DNA of 64,000 bases from an uncultured Lachnospiraceae bacterium. Lineage in GTDB: Bacteria > Bacillota > Clostridia > Lachnospirales > Lachnospiraceae. Below the pieces are notes generated by a model. The model saw only the letters and a program-made list of their open reading frames with translations. It made no database searches and had not been told where the DNA came from. This document shows, one piece after another, positions 30,276 to 41,162 of this stretch. A program made the position numbers and the translations under genes. Position 1 is the stretch's first letter. Each line of letters starts with the position of its first letter. The DNA lies in assembly GCA_946182825.1 (NCBI GenBank), contig CAMGZH010000003.1, positions 14,051 to 78,050 on the forward strand. Reading direction: 5' to 3'.

Positions 30276-30917
30276 CTAACCAATGATAAAAAGAACCAAA
30301 AGATTACAAAGTCCGTGAGCGATCCAGGTTGCCCAGACGTGTCGGGTCTTTGCATACAAAAGTCCCAACAGGCTTCCCATCACTGCGGCATATAGAAATT
30401 GTACCACATTAAAGTGAAGGATTCCAAATAGCACACTGGATATTATGATTCCCCACTTGATATCACAGAAATTTAAAAGCTGTCCAAGGATCACACCGCG
30501 AAACAGAAGCTCCTCCAGCAGGGGGATCAATATTCCAAGCACCAGGATCCGAAGGAACATGCCTCCCGTATGAAGGATATAGGCGGACTTCCCATAGGAG
30601 CTGGAATACTCCAGAAGATCCAGCCCCGCCACCATCAGATTGATCTTCAAGCCAAGGCATGCGATTCCCAGAATATAGCCACCTTCTAAAAGCCAATCCC
30701 TTCGGGTAGCGGGATAAGATAACCGGAGGATGGGTGCTCTTTTATAGAAAAGGTACACAGGCCCCAGGGTCACCAGGGATGCAAAAAACAGAGCCAAAGT
30801 TCCCCTCTCCTCTCCCACATAGCTTAAGGCAATGGAATCAGAAATATAGTACAGAACATAATATGCAAAAAGAGGGTACAGAATCTGTACCCAATGATTG
30901 CGACGATTTGGATTCAT
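30276..30917 (-). CDS. CPBP-family intramembrane glutamic endopeptidase (CAAX protease/Abi family)
   Basis: Motifs LLEELLFRG, FGILH and HGLCN. Confidence 0.85.
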   Translation of the reverse strand: MNPNRRNHWVQILYPLFAYYVLYYISDSIALSYVGEERGTLALFFASLVTLGPVYLFYKRAPILRLSYPATRRDWLLEGGYILGIACLGLKINLMVAGLDLLEYSSSYGKSAYILHTGGMFLRILVLGILIPLLEELLFRGVILGQLLNFCDIKWGIIISSVLFGILHFNVVQFLYAAVMGSLLGLLYAKTRHVWATWIAHGLCNLLVLFIIG

Positions 30918-30935
30918 ACCGTCCTCTTTTCTTAT

Positions 30936-33179
30936 TTATTTTTTCACTCCGCGACTGTCACGACTGCCCAGATGCAACCTTGCCAGATGCACGGCATGTC
31001 CGGACACCTTAACGACAGGATCACTGGTATCATCCTTCTTCAGGATGTAGACCTCCTGCATTTCCTCACCCTTTTCCATCTTCATGGCACGGTTACCCAA
31101 GGCATTCTTGTGCTTAAGAGGTGTCTCGGAAGCATCCATACGAAGGAAATAATCCTTGGTGGAACGGAATACGATGGTATCCCCCTCTTCAATGATTCCC
31201 ACGCAAAGAACACAATCTGCCTCATCGGAAAGCTTTGTGGCAGAAGCCGAACGACGGCTCATATCAAACTCACTTCCGTCAACGCCCTTGATCATGCCAC
31301 GCTTTGTCGCAAAGAAGACCGCCCTGTTCTTAAGGTTTCCGGCCGCCTCGATAAACAGCGCATGCTCCACATTCACATCGAAATTCGACAGATTGTCGAT
31401 CGGCTGACCCTTATCTCGGAACTTTCCGTAAGGAAGATCCAATACTTTTACAGAATGAACCATACCGGCATCCGTAAAGATATTGATACGATCCGTATTC
31501 TTACAGAAGATGATCCTCTTGCTTTCTTCGTCAGCCGCCTCTTTGTTACGCTCATAGGTGGAGCGATCCACCACTCTGGCATAGGCAAAACGATCCAGAA
31601 GAACGGCCACATCGATCTCTTCGATGGGCTTTTCCTTGACAACAGCCTCAGCCACGTTGTCGATTACGGTTCTCCTCTCCCTTGCATATTCCTTTTTGAT
31701 TGCCTTAAGATCCTTGATGATCACCTTAGCCATAACGGAACGGTTCTCCAGAATCTGGGTATAGTCATTGATGTTCTGCATGGTCTGGGCATAGTCCTTG
31801 CGTAATGCCTCGATTTCAAGACCGATCAGACGGTACAGACGCATATCAAGGATCGCCTCTGCCTGACGCTGTGTAAACATCAGCATAGCTGCATCCTTTT
31901 TCGACTGTTCGCTTCTGAAACGGATTCCCTCAGTCACACCATTGACAAGGCAATTCTCCGCCATCTTGCGATCCTTGGATCCCCGCAGGATCTCAATGAT
32001 CAGATCGATGACATCACAGGCCTTGATCAGACCTTCCTGAATCTCCTTCTTATCCCTTTCCTTCGCCAGAAGTGTGGTGTACTTTCTGGTGCAAAGCTCA
32101 TACTGGAAGTCCACATGATGACGGATAATCGGAACAATCCCCATGGTCTCCGGTCGACCATCACAGACCGCAAGCATATTCACACCGAAGGTATCCTCAA
32201 GACGGGTCTTTTTATATAAGAGATTGCAGAAGCGGTCCACATCTGCACCCTTCTTAAGCTCGATCACGATACGAATACCTTCCTTGGAAGACTGGTTGGA
32301 AATATCCACGATGTCGTTGGTATGCTTATTCTCCGCAAGAGAGAACACATCATTTAAGAACTTGCCGATTCCGGCACCGATCATGGTATACGGGATCTCT
32401 GTGATCACCACACGCACTCTTCCACCCTTGACAGGCTCGATCTCAACCTTGCCCCGGATCTTGATCTTACCGGATCCGGTGGAATATATCTCAAGCAGAT
32501 CATCCTTGTTGGTTACAATACCACCGGTTGGAAAATCCGGTCCCGGAACAAACTCCATCATCTGCTCGGTGTTAAGATCCGGGTTCTTCATATAGGCGAT
32601 CACACCGTCAATGACCTCCCCAAGGTTGTGGGTCGGAATAGAGGTTGCCATACCAACGGCAATACCCTCTGCACCGTTGATCAGAATATTGGGAACACGA
32701 ACCGGAAGGACGGAAGGTTCCTTTTCCGTCTCATCAAAGTTGGGAACAAAATCCACAATATCCTTATCCAGGTCAGCAAGATACACTTCCTGTGTCAGCT
32801 TCTGAAGTCTTGCCTCCGTATAACGCATGGCAGCGGCACCATCGCCCTCGATGGAACCGAAATTACCGTGACCGTCTACAAGGGGCATGCCCTTCTTAAA
32901 GTCCTGCGCCATGACAACAAGAGACTCGTAGATGGAACTGTCTCCGTGGGGATGGTATTTACCCATGGTATCACCGACGATACGTGCAGACTTACGATAT
33001 GGCTGATTATACCGGATACCGAGCTCATACATATCGTATAACGTTCTTCTTTGTACCGGTTTCAATCCGTCCCTAACATCTGGAAGTGCACGCGCCACAA
33101 TAACGCTCATCGCATAATCGATATACGACTTCTGCATGACTTCTGAATATTCTGTATGTATCAGCTGCTCCTGTGCCAT
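30936..33179 (-). CDS. parC: Type IIA topoisomerase subunit A (ParC-like, could be a second GyrA)
   Basis: 747 aa with the active-site motif AAMRYTEARL. It is shorter than a typical GyrA, lies downstream of the B subunit, and is not next to dnaA/recF. Confidence 0.85.
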   Translation of the reverse strand: MAQEQLIHTEYSEVMQKSYIDYAMSVIVARALPDVRDGLKPVQRRTLYDMYELGIRYNQPYRKSARIVGDTMGKYHPHGDSSIYESLVVMAQDFKKGMPLVDGHGNFGSIEGDGAAAMRYTEARLQKLTQEVYLADLDKDIVDFVPNFDETEKEPSVLPVRVPNILINGAEGIAVGMATSIPTHNLGEVIDGVIAYMKNPDLNTEQMMEFVPGPDFPTGGIVTNKDDLLEIYSTGSGKIKIRGKVEIEPVKGGRVRVVITEIPYTMIGAGIGKFLNDVFSLAENKHTNDIVDISNQSSKEGIRIVIELKKGADVDRFCNLLYKKTRLEDTFGVNMLAVCDGRPETMGIVPIIRHHVDFQYELCTRKYTTLLAKERDKKEIQEGLIKACDVIDLIIEILRGSKDRKMAENCLVNGVTEGIRFRSEQSKKDAAMLMFTQRQAEAILDMRLYRLIGLEIEALRKDYAQTMQNINDYTQILENRSVMAKVIIKDLKAIKKEYARERRTVIDNVAEAVVKEKPIEEIDVAVLLDRFAYARVVDRSTYERNKEAADEESKRIIFCKNTDRINIFTDAGMVHSVKVLDLPYGKFRDKGQPIDNLSNFDVNVEHALFIEAAGNLKNRAVFFATKRGMIKGVDGSEFDMSRRSASATKLSDEADCVLCVGIIEEGDTIVFRSTKDYFLRMDASETPLKHKNALGNRAMKMEKGEEMQEVYILKKDDTSDPVVKVSGHAVHLARLHLGSRDSRGVKK

Positions 33180-33202
33180 AATATAAAAGCTCCTTTATTG
33201 GA

Positions 33203-35122
33203 TTAAAGATCAAGTTCTGCTTCTCTTGCATGTTTGTGAATGAAAACCTTACGTGGGCCGACATCATTGCCCATCAGCATTTCCGTCACATCACTGGCCA
33301 TACGGCCGTCTTCAATTTCAACCTTCTTAAGAATGCGTCGCTGCGGATCAAGGGTCGTCTCCCAAAGCTGCTGGGCATCCATCTCACCAAGTCCCTTATA
33401 ACGCTGAAGAGTAAAAGGACCGGTATGCTTCTTACGATAAGCCTCAAGCGCCTCATCGTCATAAAGATACTCTTCCTTTCCCTTCTTGGGCATTGCCTTA
33501 TACAGAGGCGGCATTGCAATATAGACATGCCCCTCATAGATCAGCTCCGGCATAAAACGATAAAACAGAGTCAAAAGGAGGGTTGCGATATGCGCACCAT
33601 CCACGTCGGCATCTGCCATAATAATGATCTTATCGTAGCGAAGCTTTGTAATATCAAAATCATTGCCGTATCCCTCGGAAAATCCACAGCCGAAGGCATT
33701 GATCATGGTCTTGATCTCAGCATTGGCAAGAACCTTGTCGATGCTGGCCTTCTCTACATTCAGGATCTTACCCCGAATGGGAAGGATCGCCTGGTACATA
33801 CGGTTTCTCGCGGTCTTGGCGCTGCCTCCCGCAGAATCTCCCTCGACGATAAAGATCTCACATTTCTTGGCATCCCGGCTCTCACAGTTCGCCAGCTTAC
33901 CATTGGAGTCAAAGGAATACTTCTGCTTTGTCAGCAGATTGGTCTTGGCTCTCTCCTCCGTCTTACGGATCTTGGCGGCCTTTTCCGCACAGCCGATCAC
34001 AGCCTTTAAGGTATCAAGATTACGGTCAAAGAACAGGACGATCTTCTCACCTGTTACAGCAGAAACGGCCTTGGCCGCGTCCTGGTTATCCAGCTTGGTC
34101 TTTGTCTGACCCTCAAATCGCGGATCCGGATGCTTGATGGCAACCACAGCTGTCATTCCGTTACGCACATCCGCACCGGTAAAGTTCGGATCCTTATCTT
34201 TTAAAATGCCAAGTTCCTTGGCATAGTTATTGATAATGGTGGTAAAGGTGGTCTTAAACCCTGTAATATGGGTGCCACCCTCTGCATTATAGATATTATT
34301 GCAGAAGCCCATGACATTCTCGTGGAATTCATTCACGAACTGGAAGGCAACCTCAACCTGAATACCGTCGCTTTCACCGGAGAAGGATACAACATCGGTC
34401 ACAGCCTCCGCTTTCTGGTTCAGATCCCTAACAAAACCCTTGATTCCGTCCTCTTCGTGGAATTCATGATGCTCCCCTTCCTCGGAACGAAGATCATCGT
34501 AAATGATGGTAAGTCCCGGATTCAGATAGGCCGTCTCATGAAGACGACTCATGATCTCATCCTCTTTAAACCGTGTCTTCTCGAAGATCGTCGGATCCGG
34601 AAGGAAATTGATCTTCGTACCGGTCTTCTTGGTCTTACCAATGGTCGGAAGCAGACCGTCCACCAGCTGCTCCACCGGCTTGCCCTGCTCATAACGGTCA
34701 TGGTGGATCGCACCGTCACGGGAGATCTCCACATCCATATAAGTAGAAAGAGCGTTAACAACAGAAGATCCCACACCGTGAAGACCTCCGGAGGTCTTAT
34801 AGGCGTTGTTATCAAACTTACCGCCGGCGTGAAGGGTGGTAAAAACCACGCGGGCCGCCGAAACACCCTTCGCATGCATGCCAACCGGAATACCTCGGCC
34901 GTTATCTTCCACCGTGCAGGAACCGTCGGCCTCCAATGTTACATGAATGGTGTCACAGTAACCGGCCAGATGCTCGTCCACCGAGTTATCCACGATCTCA
35001 TAGATCATATGATTCAAACCCTTACGAGATACAGAACCGATATACATTCCCGGACGAACTCTGACTGCTTCAAGTCCTTCCAATACAGATATACTATTGG
35101 CATCATATGCTGCTTTTGCCAT
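33203..35122 (-). CDS. parE: Type IIA topoisomerase subunit B (ParE-like)
   Basis: Start at MAKAAYDANSISVLEGLEAVRVRPGMYIG, after GGAGGA. It also has the Toprim motif EGDSAGG and PLRGK. Confidence 0.88.
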   Translation of the reverse strand: MAKAAYDANSISVLEGLEAVRVRPGMYIGSVSRKGLNHMIYEIVDNSVDEHLAGYCDTIHVTLEADGSCTVEDNGRGIPVGMHAKGVSAARVVFTTLHAGGKFDNNAYKTSGGLHGVGSSVVNALSTYMDVEISRDGAIHHDRYEQGKPVEQLVDGLLPTIGKTKKTGTKINFLPDPTIFEKTRFKEDEIMSRLHETAYLNPGLTIIYDDLRSEEGEHHEFHEEDGIKGFVRDLNQKAEAVTDVVSFSGESDGIQVEVAFQFVNEFHENVMGFCNNIYNAEGGTHITGFKTTFTTIINNYAKELGILKDKDPNFTGADVRNGMTAVVAIKHPDPRFEGQTKTKLDNQDAAKAVSAVTGEKIVLFFDRNLDTLKAVIGCAEKAAKIRKTEERAKTNLLTKQKYSFDSNGKLANCESRDAKKCEIFIVEGDSAGGSAKTARNRMYQAILPIRGKILNVEKASIDKVLANAEIKTMINAFGCGFSEGYGNDFDITKLRYDKIIIMADADVDGAHIATLLLTLFYRFMPELIYEGHVYIAMPPLYKAMPKKGKEEYLYDDEALEAYRKKHTGPFTLQRYKGLGEMDAQQLWETTLDPQRRILKKVEIEDGRMASDVTEMLMGNDVGPRKVFIHKHAREAELDL

Positions 35123-35239
35123 AATTTCCTCCACAAAAATACCGGCATACAAAGTACCGGCCACATAATATACAGCCAATCCCCATGGATCTCAGGCCGC
35201 AAGAGGCATTTTACTCTATTTACGAAAACGCCGCAATAC

Positions 35240-35269
35240 ATTGTATCATAAAAAAAGAGCCTGCGCAAA
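35240..35269 (-). promoter_or_regulatory. Candidate extended -10 promoter of parE-parC
   Basis: Minus strand reads TTGCGC, an 18-nt spacer, then TGATACAAT. Confidence 0.4.
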
Positions 35270-35290
35270 ATACATCGAACAAATTTTCGC

Positions 35291-35324
35291 AAAGAAAAGA
35301 TCGTCAGAATCAACTGACGATCTT
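35291..35324 (-). terminator. Rho-independent terminator after ilvA
   Basis: AAGATCGTCAG pairs with CTGACGATCTT, followed on the minus strand by TTTTCTTT. Confidence 0.8.
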
Positions 35325-35348
35325 ATATTCTCTAACATCTGTTCCCGG

Positions 35349-36560
35349 TTACAGGCTTGTTCTTACGATCTTAGGCTGATAACCACCCTTCTCAAGAGAA
35401 TCCATAATCTGATTCTTATGATCAGAGCCGAAGGCCTCAAGGGTGATACGAAGCTCTACCTGAGCGCTTCGGTTGACAGCCACAAACTGGTTATGCTCAA
35501 GCTTGATCACATTACCCTGGCATGCTGCAATGGTCTCGGAGACGCGGGCAAGTTCACCCGGCTTATCCGGAAGCAATACAGAAACAGTAAAGATACGATC
35601 ACGCATAATCAGTCCCTGCTGTACCACAGATGACATGGTGATGATATCCATATTACCACCGGAAAGAATGCAGGCCACATTCTTATCCTTGCACTTTAAC
35701 TGCTTTGCCGCAGCAACGGTCAGAAGACCGGAATTCTCAACGATCATCTTATGGTTCTCTACCATATCAAGGAAGGCAACGATCAGCTCGTCGTCTCTTA
35801 CTGTGATCACATCATCTATGTTCTTTTGGATATATGGGAAGATATTCTTACCCGGTGTCTTAACTGCTGTACCATCAGCAATGGTGTTGACTGCCGGAAG
35901 GGTGGTGACTGTGCCGGACTTAAGAGAGACCTGCATACAGTTGGCACCGGCAGGTTCCACACCGATCACCTTGATCTTGGGATTGATCAGCTTTGCAAGG
36001 GTGGAAACACCGGTTGCCAAACCACCGCCACCGATGGGAACTAAAATATAGTCCACAAGGGGAAGCTCCTGAATGATCTCCATAGCAATGGTTCCCTGAC
36101 CGGTTGCAACATCCGGATCATCAAAAGGATGAATAAAGGTGTATCCGTGCTCATCTGCCAGCTTTAACGCATGCTCGCAGGCCTCATCATAGACATCACC
36201 GTATAAAACGACCTCAGCCCCCAGACTCTTGGTACGATTGACCTTGATCAACGGTGTTGTAGTAGGCATAACAATGGTTGCCTTGCAGCCGAAATGCTTC
36301 GCTGCGTACGCCACACCCTGGGCATGGTTACCGGCGGATGCCGTGATCAGTCCCTTCTTACGATCCTCCTCTGACAGAGTCGAGATCTTATAGTAAGCAC
36401 CACGTACCTTATAGGCACCGGTTCTCTGAAGATTCTCCGGCTTAAGATAAACGTGGTTGCCACTCTGCTCCGAGAAAAAATCACTGTAGACCAGTTTCGT
36501 CTCCAATGTCACCTGATGCACCGCCTTATAGGCTGCATCAAAATCCTTCTTTGTAAGCAT
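35349..36560 (-). CDS. ilvA: Threonine ammonia-lyase (threonine dehydratase) with a C-terminal ACT-like domain
   Basis: PLP motif region QRTGAYKVRGA and SAGNHAQGVA. Start at MLTKKDF (36560), after GAAAGAAGGAAAG. Confidence 0.9.
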   Translation of the reverse strand: MLTKKDFDAAYKAVHQVTLETKLVYSDFFSEQSGNHVYLKPENLQRTGAYKVRGAYYKISTLSEEDRKKGLITASAGNHAQGVAYAAKHFGCKATIVMPTTTPLIKVNRTKSLGAEVVLYGDVYDEACEHALKLADEHGYTFIHPFDDPDVATGQGTIAMEIIQELPLVDYILVPIGGGGLATGVSTLAKLINPKIKVIGVEPAGANCMQVSLKSGTVTTLPAVNTIADGTAVKTPGKNIFPYIQKNIDDVITVRDDELIVAFLDMVENHKMIVENSGLLTVAAAKQLKCKDKNVACILSGGNMDIITMSSVVQQGLIMRDRIFTVSVLLPDKPGELARVSETIAACQGNVIKLEHNQFVAVNRSAQVELRITLEAFGSDHKNQIMDSLEKGGYQPKIVRTSL

Positions 36561-36651
36561 ATCTTTCCTTCTTTCCATTCCAAAATTCTTCTAAATGATA
36601 TACTACACCTATAGAGAATGTTTGTCACGTATGAAATGAATTTTATTCACT

Positions 36652-37584
36652 TCAGCTTTCTTCTGACGGATCGCCTGTTTCAAACAATGCTTTTACAAAG
36701 TCATCCGGATCGAATTTTTCAAGATCCTCCACGGTTTCTCCCACACCAATGTACTTTACCGGGATTCCCAGTTCTGACTGAATCGCCACAGCGATTCCAC
36801 CCTTGGCAGAACCATCCATCTTGGTAAGGATCACACCGGTTGCCGATGCAGCCTCCTGGAATTCCTTTGCCTGGGACAGGGCATTCTGTCCTGTGGTAGC
36901 ATCCACTACCACAAAGGTCTCCTTAAAGGCACCGGGGAACTCTCTGTCAATAATACGGTTCATTTTAGCAAGCTCATCCATGAGATTTTTCTTATTGTGC
37001 AGACGTCCCGCTGTATCGATCAGAAGCACATCCGCCTTCTTTGCCTTCGCAGATGCAATGGCATCAAAGACCACCGCAGAAGGATCGGCTCCGTCTACGC
37101 CGCTTACAAGCTCCGCATCCGCTCTGTCCGCCCAGACCTTCAGCTGCTCCCCTGCTGCCGCACGGAAGGTATCTGCCGCTGCAATAACGACCTTTTTATG
37201 CTGGGAACGGAACTTTGCAGCCAGCTTACCGATGGTGGTGGTCTTTCCCACACCGTTGACACCGATCACAAAGATAACAGAGGTATGAAACAGGAATTCA
37301 TACGCATCGTATTCATTTCTCATACGGTTGCGGATGGAATCGATCAGAAGCTTACGGCAATCCATCGGATCTTTGATATGCTGCTTCTTCACCTGCTCCC
37401 GGAGTTCATCCAGCAGTTCCTCTGTGGTACGGACACCAATATCTCCCATGATCAGAGTCTCTTCCAGCTCCTCATAGAAATCCTCATCGATCACACCGGA
37501 TCCGGAAAAAACGCTGTCCATGTTCTTAACGAAGGAATCTCTTGTTTTGGTGAGTCCCTCCTTTAATCTGGTAAAAAATCCCAT
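36652..37584 (-). CDS. ftsY: Signal recognition particle receptor FtsY
   Basis: 310 aa with GVNGVGKTTTIGKLA, DTAGR and TKMDGSAKGG. Confidence 0.95.
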   Translation of the reverse strand: MGFFTRLKEGLTKTRDSFVKNMDSVFSGSGVIDEDFYEELEETLIMGDIGVRTTEELLDELREQVKKQHIKDPMDCRKLLIDSIRNRMRNEYDAYEFLFHTSVIFVIGVNGVGKTTTIGKLAAKFRSQHKKVVIAAADTFRAAAGEQLKVWADRADAELVSGVDGADPSAVVFDAIASAKAKKADVLLIDTAGRLHNKKNLMDELAKMNRIIDREFPGAFKETFVVVDATTGQNALSQAKEFQEAASATGVILTKMDGSAKGGIAVAIQSELGIPVKYIGVGETVEDLEKFDPDDFVKALFETGDPSEES

Positions 37585-37593
37585 AATCTCTCC

Positions 37594-40500
37594 TTACGCA
37601 TCAAGTTTATCTTCAATCAGGTTAACCGAAACAAGGGTGGAAATACCCTTCTCCTGCATGGTGATTCCATACAGTCTGTCGGCTGCGTTCATTGTACCAC
37701 GTCGATGGGTGATCACAATAAACTGTGTATTCTTTGTCAGCTTGTGCAGATAGCCTGCAAAACGATCTACGTTGGAATCATCCAACGCCGCCTCGATCTC
37801 ATCCAACAGACAGAAGGGCGACGGCTTAAGATTCTGAATGGCAAAAAGCAGTGCAATGGCTGTCAGAGATTTCTCTCCACCGGAAAGCTGCATCATATTC
37901 TGCAGTTTCTTTCCCGGTGGCTGGGCAATGATCCGGATGCCGGACTCCAGCAGATCCTCACCTTCCACCAGTTCCAGCTTACCGTGTCCACCGCCGAAAA
38001 GCTGCTTGAACACTTCATCGAACTGCTTTTGAATATCCGCAAAGCCTGCGGTAAACTGCTCCCGCATTCCGGTATCAAGTTCTTCGATTACTGTGATCAG
38101 CTTTTCCTTGGTATCCATCAGATCATCATGCTGTGTCTTTAAGAAGGTATACCGCTGGGAAACTTCTGCATACTCTTCGATGGCATGCACATTCACATCG
38201 CCCATCATGCGGATGGAATTCTTCAGATCCTTGATATCCCTCCTCATAGCAGATGCATCCGTTAAGTTCTCATCCCGCAGATCCTCTGCTCCGTGAAGGG
38301 TCAGCTCATACTGCTCCCACATGTAGCTGTTAAGACCGGAGGAAGAACTTTCATTTTTCTCCCGAATGGTCTCAAGACGATAGATCTCCTTTTCCAGACC
38401 GGAAATGTCTGCGGCGATCTTTTCCTTCTGATCAAAAAAGCCTTTATGCCGGGCATTGTATTCCTCTTTCTGGCTGATGGCCTTCTGATAGGACTCCTGC
38501 AGACTTCCGTGGGCTTCTCCGGCTGCCGCAATGGTCTTTTGCAGCTCCTCGATCTGCTCACGCTTTGCCTCGGCACTCTTCTTGTTGTCCTGGTTCTCCA
38601 GATCCAAAGATTCGATGTTCTTTTGATCCTTTAGCAGCTCAAGATCGATCCGTTCCATGTTCTCTTTTGCATTTTTCACGCCGGCCAGAGCAGAAGCCTC
38701 TTCCACCTGGATCTTGGAAACATCATCCCGGCCTTCATTTAATGTAAGCTGAACCCTGGCAAGAATCTGCTGATTGTCCGCGATCTCCTGATTTAACTCT
38801 TTTTCCTTTTCGTCTAAGGCCTTCAGGTCCTCTTCGGACTTTTTCTCACCGGCATCGATCTCCTTTAACTGAGCCTCAATGTTACGGCTTTCCTCATCTA
38901 AGGAACCGGAAGCCTTTTTACTCTCTTCCACCTGTTCCTTGCTGCGTCGAAGGGTCAGTCCGGCCGTATTCTCATCAAGCTTTGCCTGAGAAAGTGCCTG
39001 CTCCACATCCTTCTTATCTTCAAGTAAAAGGGCTCGTGCCCTTTCGATCTCTTCCTGTCTTCTCTCACACTCCCGAATCTGATCGGTAAGTCCCTCGATC
39101 TCGTCTTTTAAAACCTCCAGCTCCCGGCCACGACCAAGAAGATTGGAATTGTTCTTAAAGGCTCCACCGGTAAGACCTCCGCCCGGACGAAGGTATTCTC
39201 CCTCAAGGGTAACGATATGAAGGGAATAATGGTATTTTTTCGCCAGAGCAAGACCATGGTCAATGGTATCCGCCACAATGACACGCCCCAACAGAGAGGA
39301 AAGGATACCGTCATAAATCGCCTCATGGGATACAAGGGTATCGGCAAGACCGATGATACCTTCCTCCTTCAGAGCCTGTGGATGGGAAAACTCTTCCCTT
39401 TTCTTGACTGCAGTCAGCGGAAGGAAGGTGGCTCTTCCATGCCGCCCCTTCTTCAGGAAACGGATCAGTTCCTTGGCACTGCTCTCATCCTCTGTTACGA
39501 TATTTTGAATATTACCACCCAGGGCGGTTTCAATCGCAACCTCATACCGCTTTTCCACATGGATCAAATCTGCAACAACACCATGAATTCCCGCGATGGA
39601 ATCCTTCTGTTCCATCACCTTGCGGATAGCATGTCCATATCCTTCATAACGCTCTGCGATATTTCTCAAAGACTCAAGCTTCGTCCGCTTTCTGGTCAGT
39701 TCTTCCCGCAGACCGGAAAGTTCTTCCCTGGTCTTTGACCGCTTGCTTCTCCATTCAATATCCTTTTGCTGCAGATCCTCTAAAGCCGCCTGTTGCTTTT
39801 TCAGATTCTCCGTTGCATCAACATACTGCTGATGCGCCTCTTCAAATGTGCGGGCCAGCTCCTCTTCTCTGGTCTTTCTGGAGAGGATCCTCTGTGTCAG
39901 CTGGCTTCTTCGAATGGTGGTCTGCTCCCGCAGCGTTCTGTTTCTCTGCTGACCGGACTTCAGATCCGCCTTTTCATTTAACAGCTGGTGAAGCAACTGG
40001 TTATCCTTTTCAATCGTAGCATTGGCATCTGCAATGGTCTTTTCCACAGAGGCATAGGCATTTTTCGCCTCCGCCAGTCGCTCTCTTACATCTCCAAGGA
40101 GTTCCTGTACCTCTTTTTCCTTTTGCTCGTATTCCTGCTTCTGCTTTTCATGCTCTGCCTTTGCCGCAAGGAGCGCCTGTCTGCGCTGGGCAAGGGAATT
40201 CTCGGATTCATCCGCAAAACGGATCTGCTCCTGTAACAGACGGATCTGACCTTCCAGCTTTTCCTTGGTAACATCCGTCTGCGACATCTCGTTTCGCAAC
40301 TGCTCGATCACCTCATCCGCCTGACGGATCTTTTCTTCGAGATCTGCATACTGCTTTTTGATGGTCTCATTCTGTGCATGAACCGCTGTTAACTGATCCT
40401 GGGTAATTCGGTACTTCTGTTCCGTTTCGTCCTTTTCCGCCGCAAGACGTTTCATATCCAAAAGATAGAGGTTAACATCCAGATGCTTCAGTTCTTCCCG

Positions 40501-41154
40501 CTTCTTTAAAAAAGCCCGTGCGGTATCCGCCTGCTTTTCCAGCGGTCCTACCTGACGTTCCAGCTCACCTAAAATATCCCGGATACGTTCAAGATCATCA
40601 TCTTCTTCCTGCAGCTTCTTAATGGCGGAAGCCTTACGCTTCTTATATTTAACGATTCCGACCGCTTCATCAAACAGCTCTCTTCTCTCCTCCGGCTTAC
40701 CGGAAAGGATACGTTCGATCTGTCCCTGTCCGATGATGGAATACCCTTCCTTACCGATACCGGTATCATAGAAAAGTTCATTCACATCCTTCAGACGGCA
40801 CTGTACACCGTTCATCAGGTATTCACTTTCACCGGAACGATAAACACGTCGGGCGATGGTCACCTCATTATAGTCCACCGGAAGCACATGATCGGAATTA
40901 TCCAACGTAATGGCAACATAGGCATAGCTAAGAGGCTTACGGTTCTCTGTTCCGGAAAAAATAACATCCGTCATGGCCGCCCCACGAAGGGATCTTGCGC
41001 TCTGCTCACCCAGTACCCAGCGGACCGCATCTGCAACGTTACTCTTACCAGACCCATTTGGCCCCACAATACCTGTGATTCCGTTATGGAAATCTAAAAC
41101 AATTTTATTGGCAAAGGACTTAAATCCCTGCAACTCCATGCTTTTTAAATACAT
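37594..41154 (-). CDS. smc: Chromosome segregation protein SMC
   Basis: 1186 aa with N-terminal Walker A GPNGSGKSN, long coiled coils, a hinge, and C-terminal LSGGEKSLTAIALLFA...LDEIEAALD. Confidence 0.97.
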   Translation of the reverse strand: MYLKSMELQGFKSFANKIVLDFHNGITGIVGPNGSGKSNVADAVRWVLGEQSARSLRGAAMTDVIFSGTENRKPLSYAYVAITLDNSDHVLPVDYNEVTIARRVYRSGESEYLMNGVQCRLKDVNELFYDTGIGKEGYSIIGQGQIERILSGKPEERRELFDEAVGIVKYKKRKASAIKKLQEEDDDLERIRDILGELERQVGPLEKQADTARAFLKKREELKHLDVNLYLLDMKRLAAEKDETEQKYRITQDQLTAVHAQNETIKKQYADLEEKIRQADEVIEQLRNEMSQTDVTKEKLEGQIRLLQEQIRFADESENSLAQRRQALLAAKAEHEKQKQEYEQKEKEVQELLGDVRERLAEAKNAYASVEKTIADANATIEKDNQLLHQLLNEKADLKSGQQRNRTLREQTTIRRSQLTQRILSRKTREEELARTFEEAHQQYVDATENLKKQQAALEDLQQKDIEWRSKRSKTREELSGLREELTRKRTKLESLRNIAERYEGYGHAIRKVMEQKDSIAGIHGVVADLIHVEKRYEVAIETALGGNIQNIVTEDESSAKELIRFLKKGRHGRATFLPLTAVKKREEFSHPQALKEEGIIGLADTLVSHEAIYDGILSSLLGRVIVADTIDHGLALAKKYHYSLHIVTLEGEYLRPGGGLTGGAFKNNSNLLGRGRELEVLKDEIEGLTDQIRECERRQEEIERARALLLEDKKDVEQALSQAKLDENTAGLTLRRSKEQVEESKKASGSLDEESRNIEAQLKEIDAGEKKSEEDLKALDEKEKELNQEIADNQQILARVQLTLNEGRDDVSKIQVEEASALAGVKNAKENMERIDLELLKDQKNIESLDLENQDNKKSAEAKREQIEELQKTIAAAGEAHGSLQESYQKAISQKEEYNARHKGFFDQKEKIAADISGLEKEIYRLETIREKNESSSSGLNSYMWEQYELTLHGAEDLRDENLTDASAMRRDIKDLKNSIRMMGDVNVHAIEEYAEVSQRYTFLKTQHDDLMDTKEKLITVIEELDTGMREQFTAGFADIQKQFDEVFKQLFGGGHGKLELVEGEDLLESGIRIIAQPPGKKLQNMMQLSGGEKSLTAIALLFAIQNLKPSPFCLLDEIEAALDDSNVDRFAGYLHKLTKNTQFIVITHRRGTMNAADRLYGITMQEKGISTLVSVNLIEDKLDA

Positions 41155-41162
41155 ACTCTACC

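Noticed and set aside
35140-35165. Apparent terminator hairpin in the parE leader (TACCGGC...TACCGGC followed by TTTTT on the minus strand).
   Set aside because: The two copies are direct repeats, not inverted. Only the palindromic CCGG could pair (4 bp), which is too weak for a terminator.
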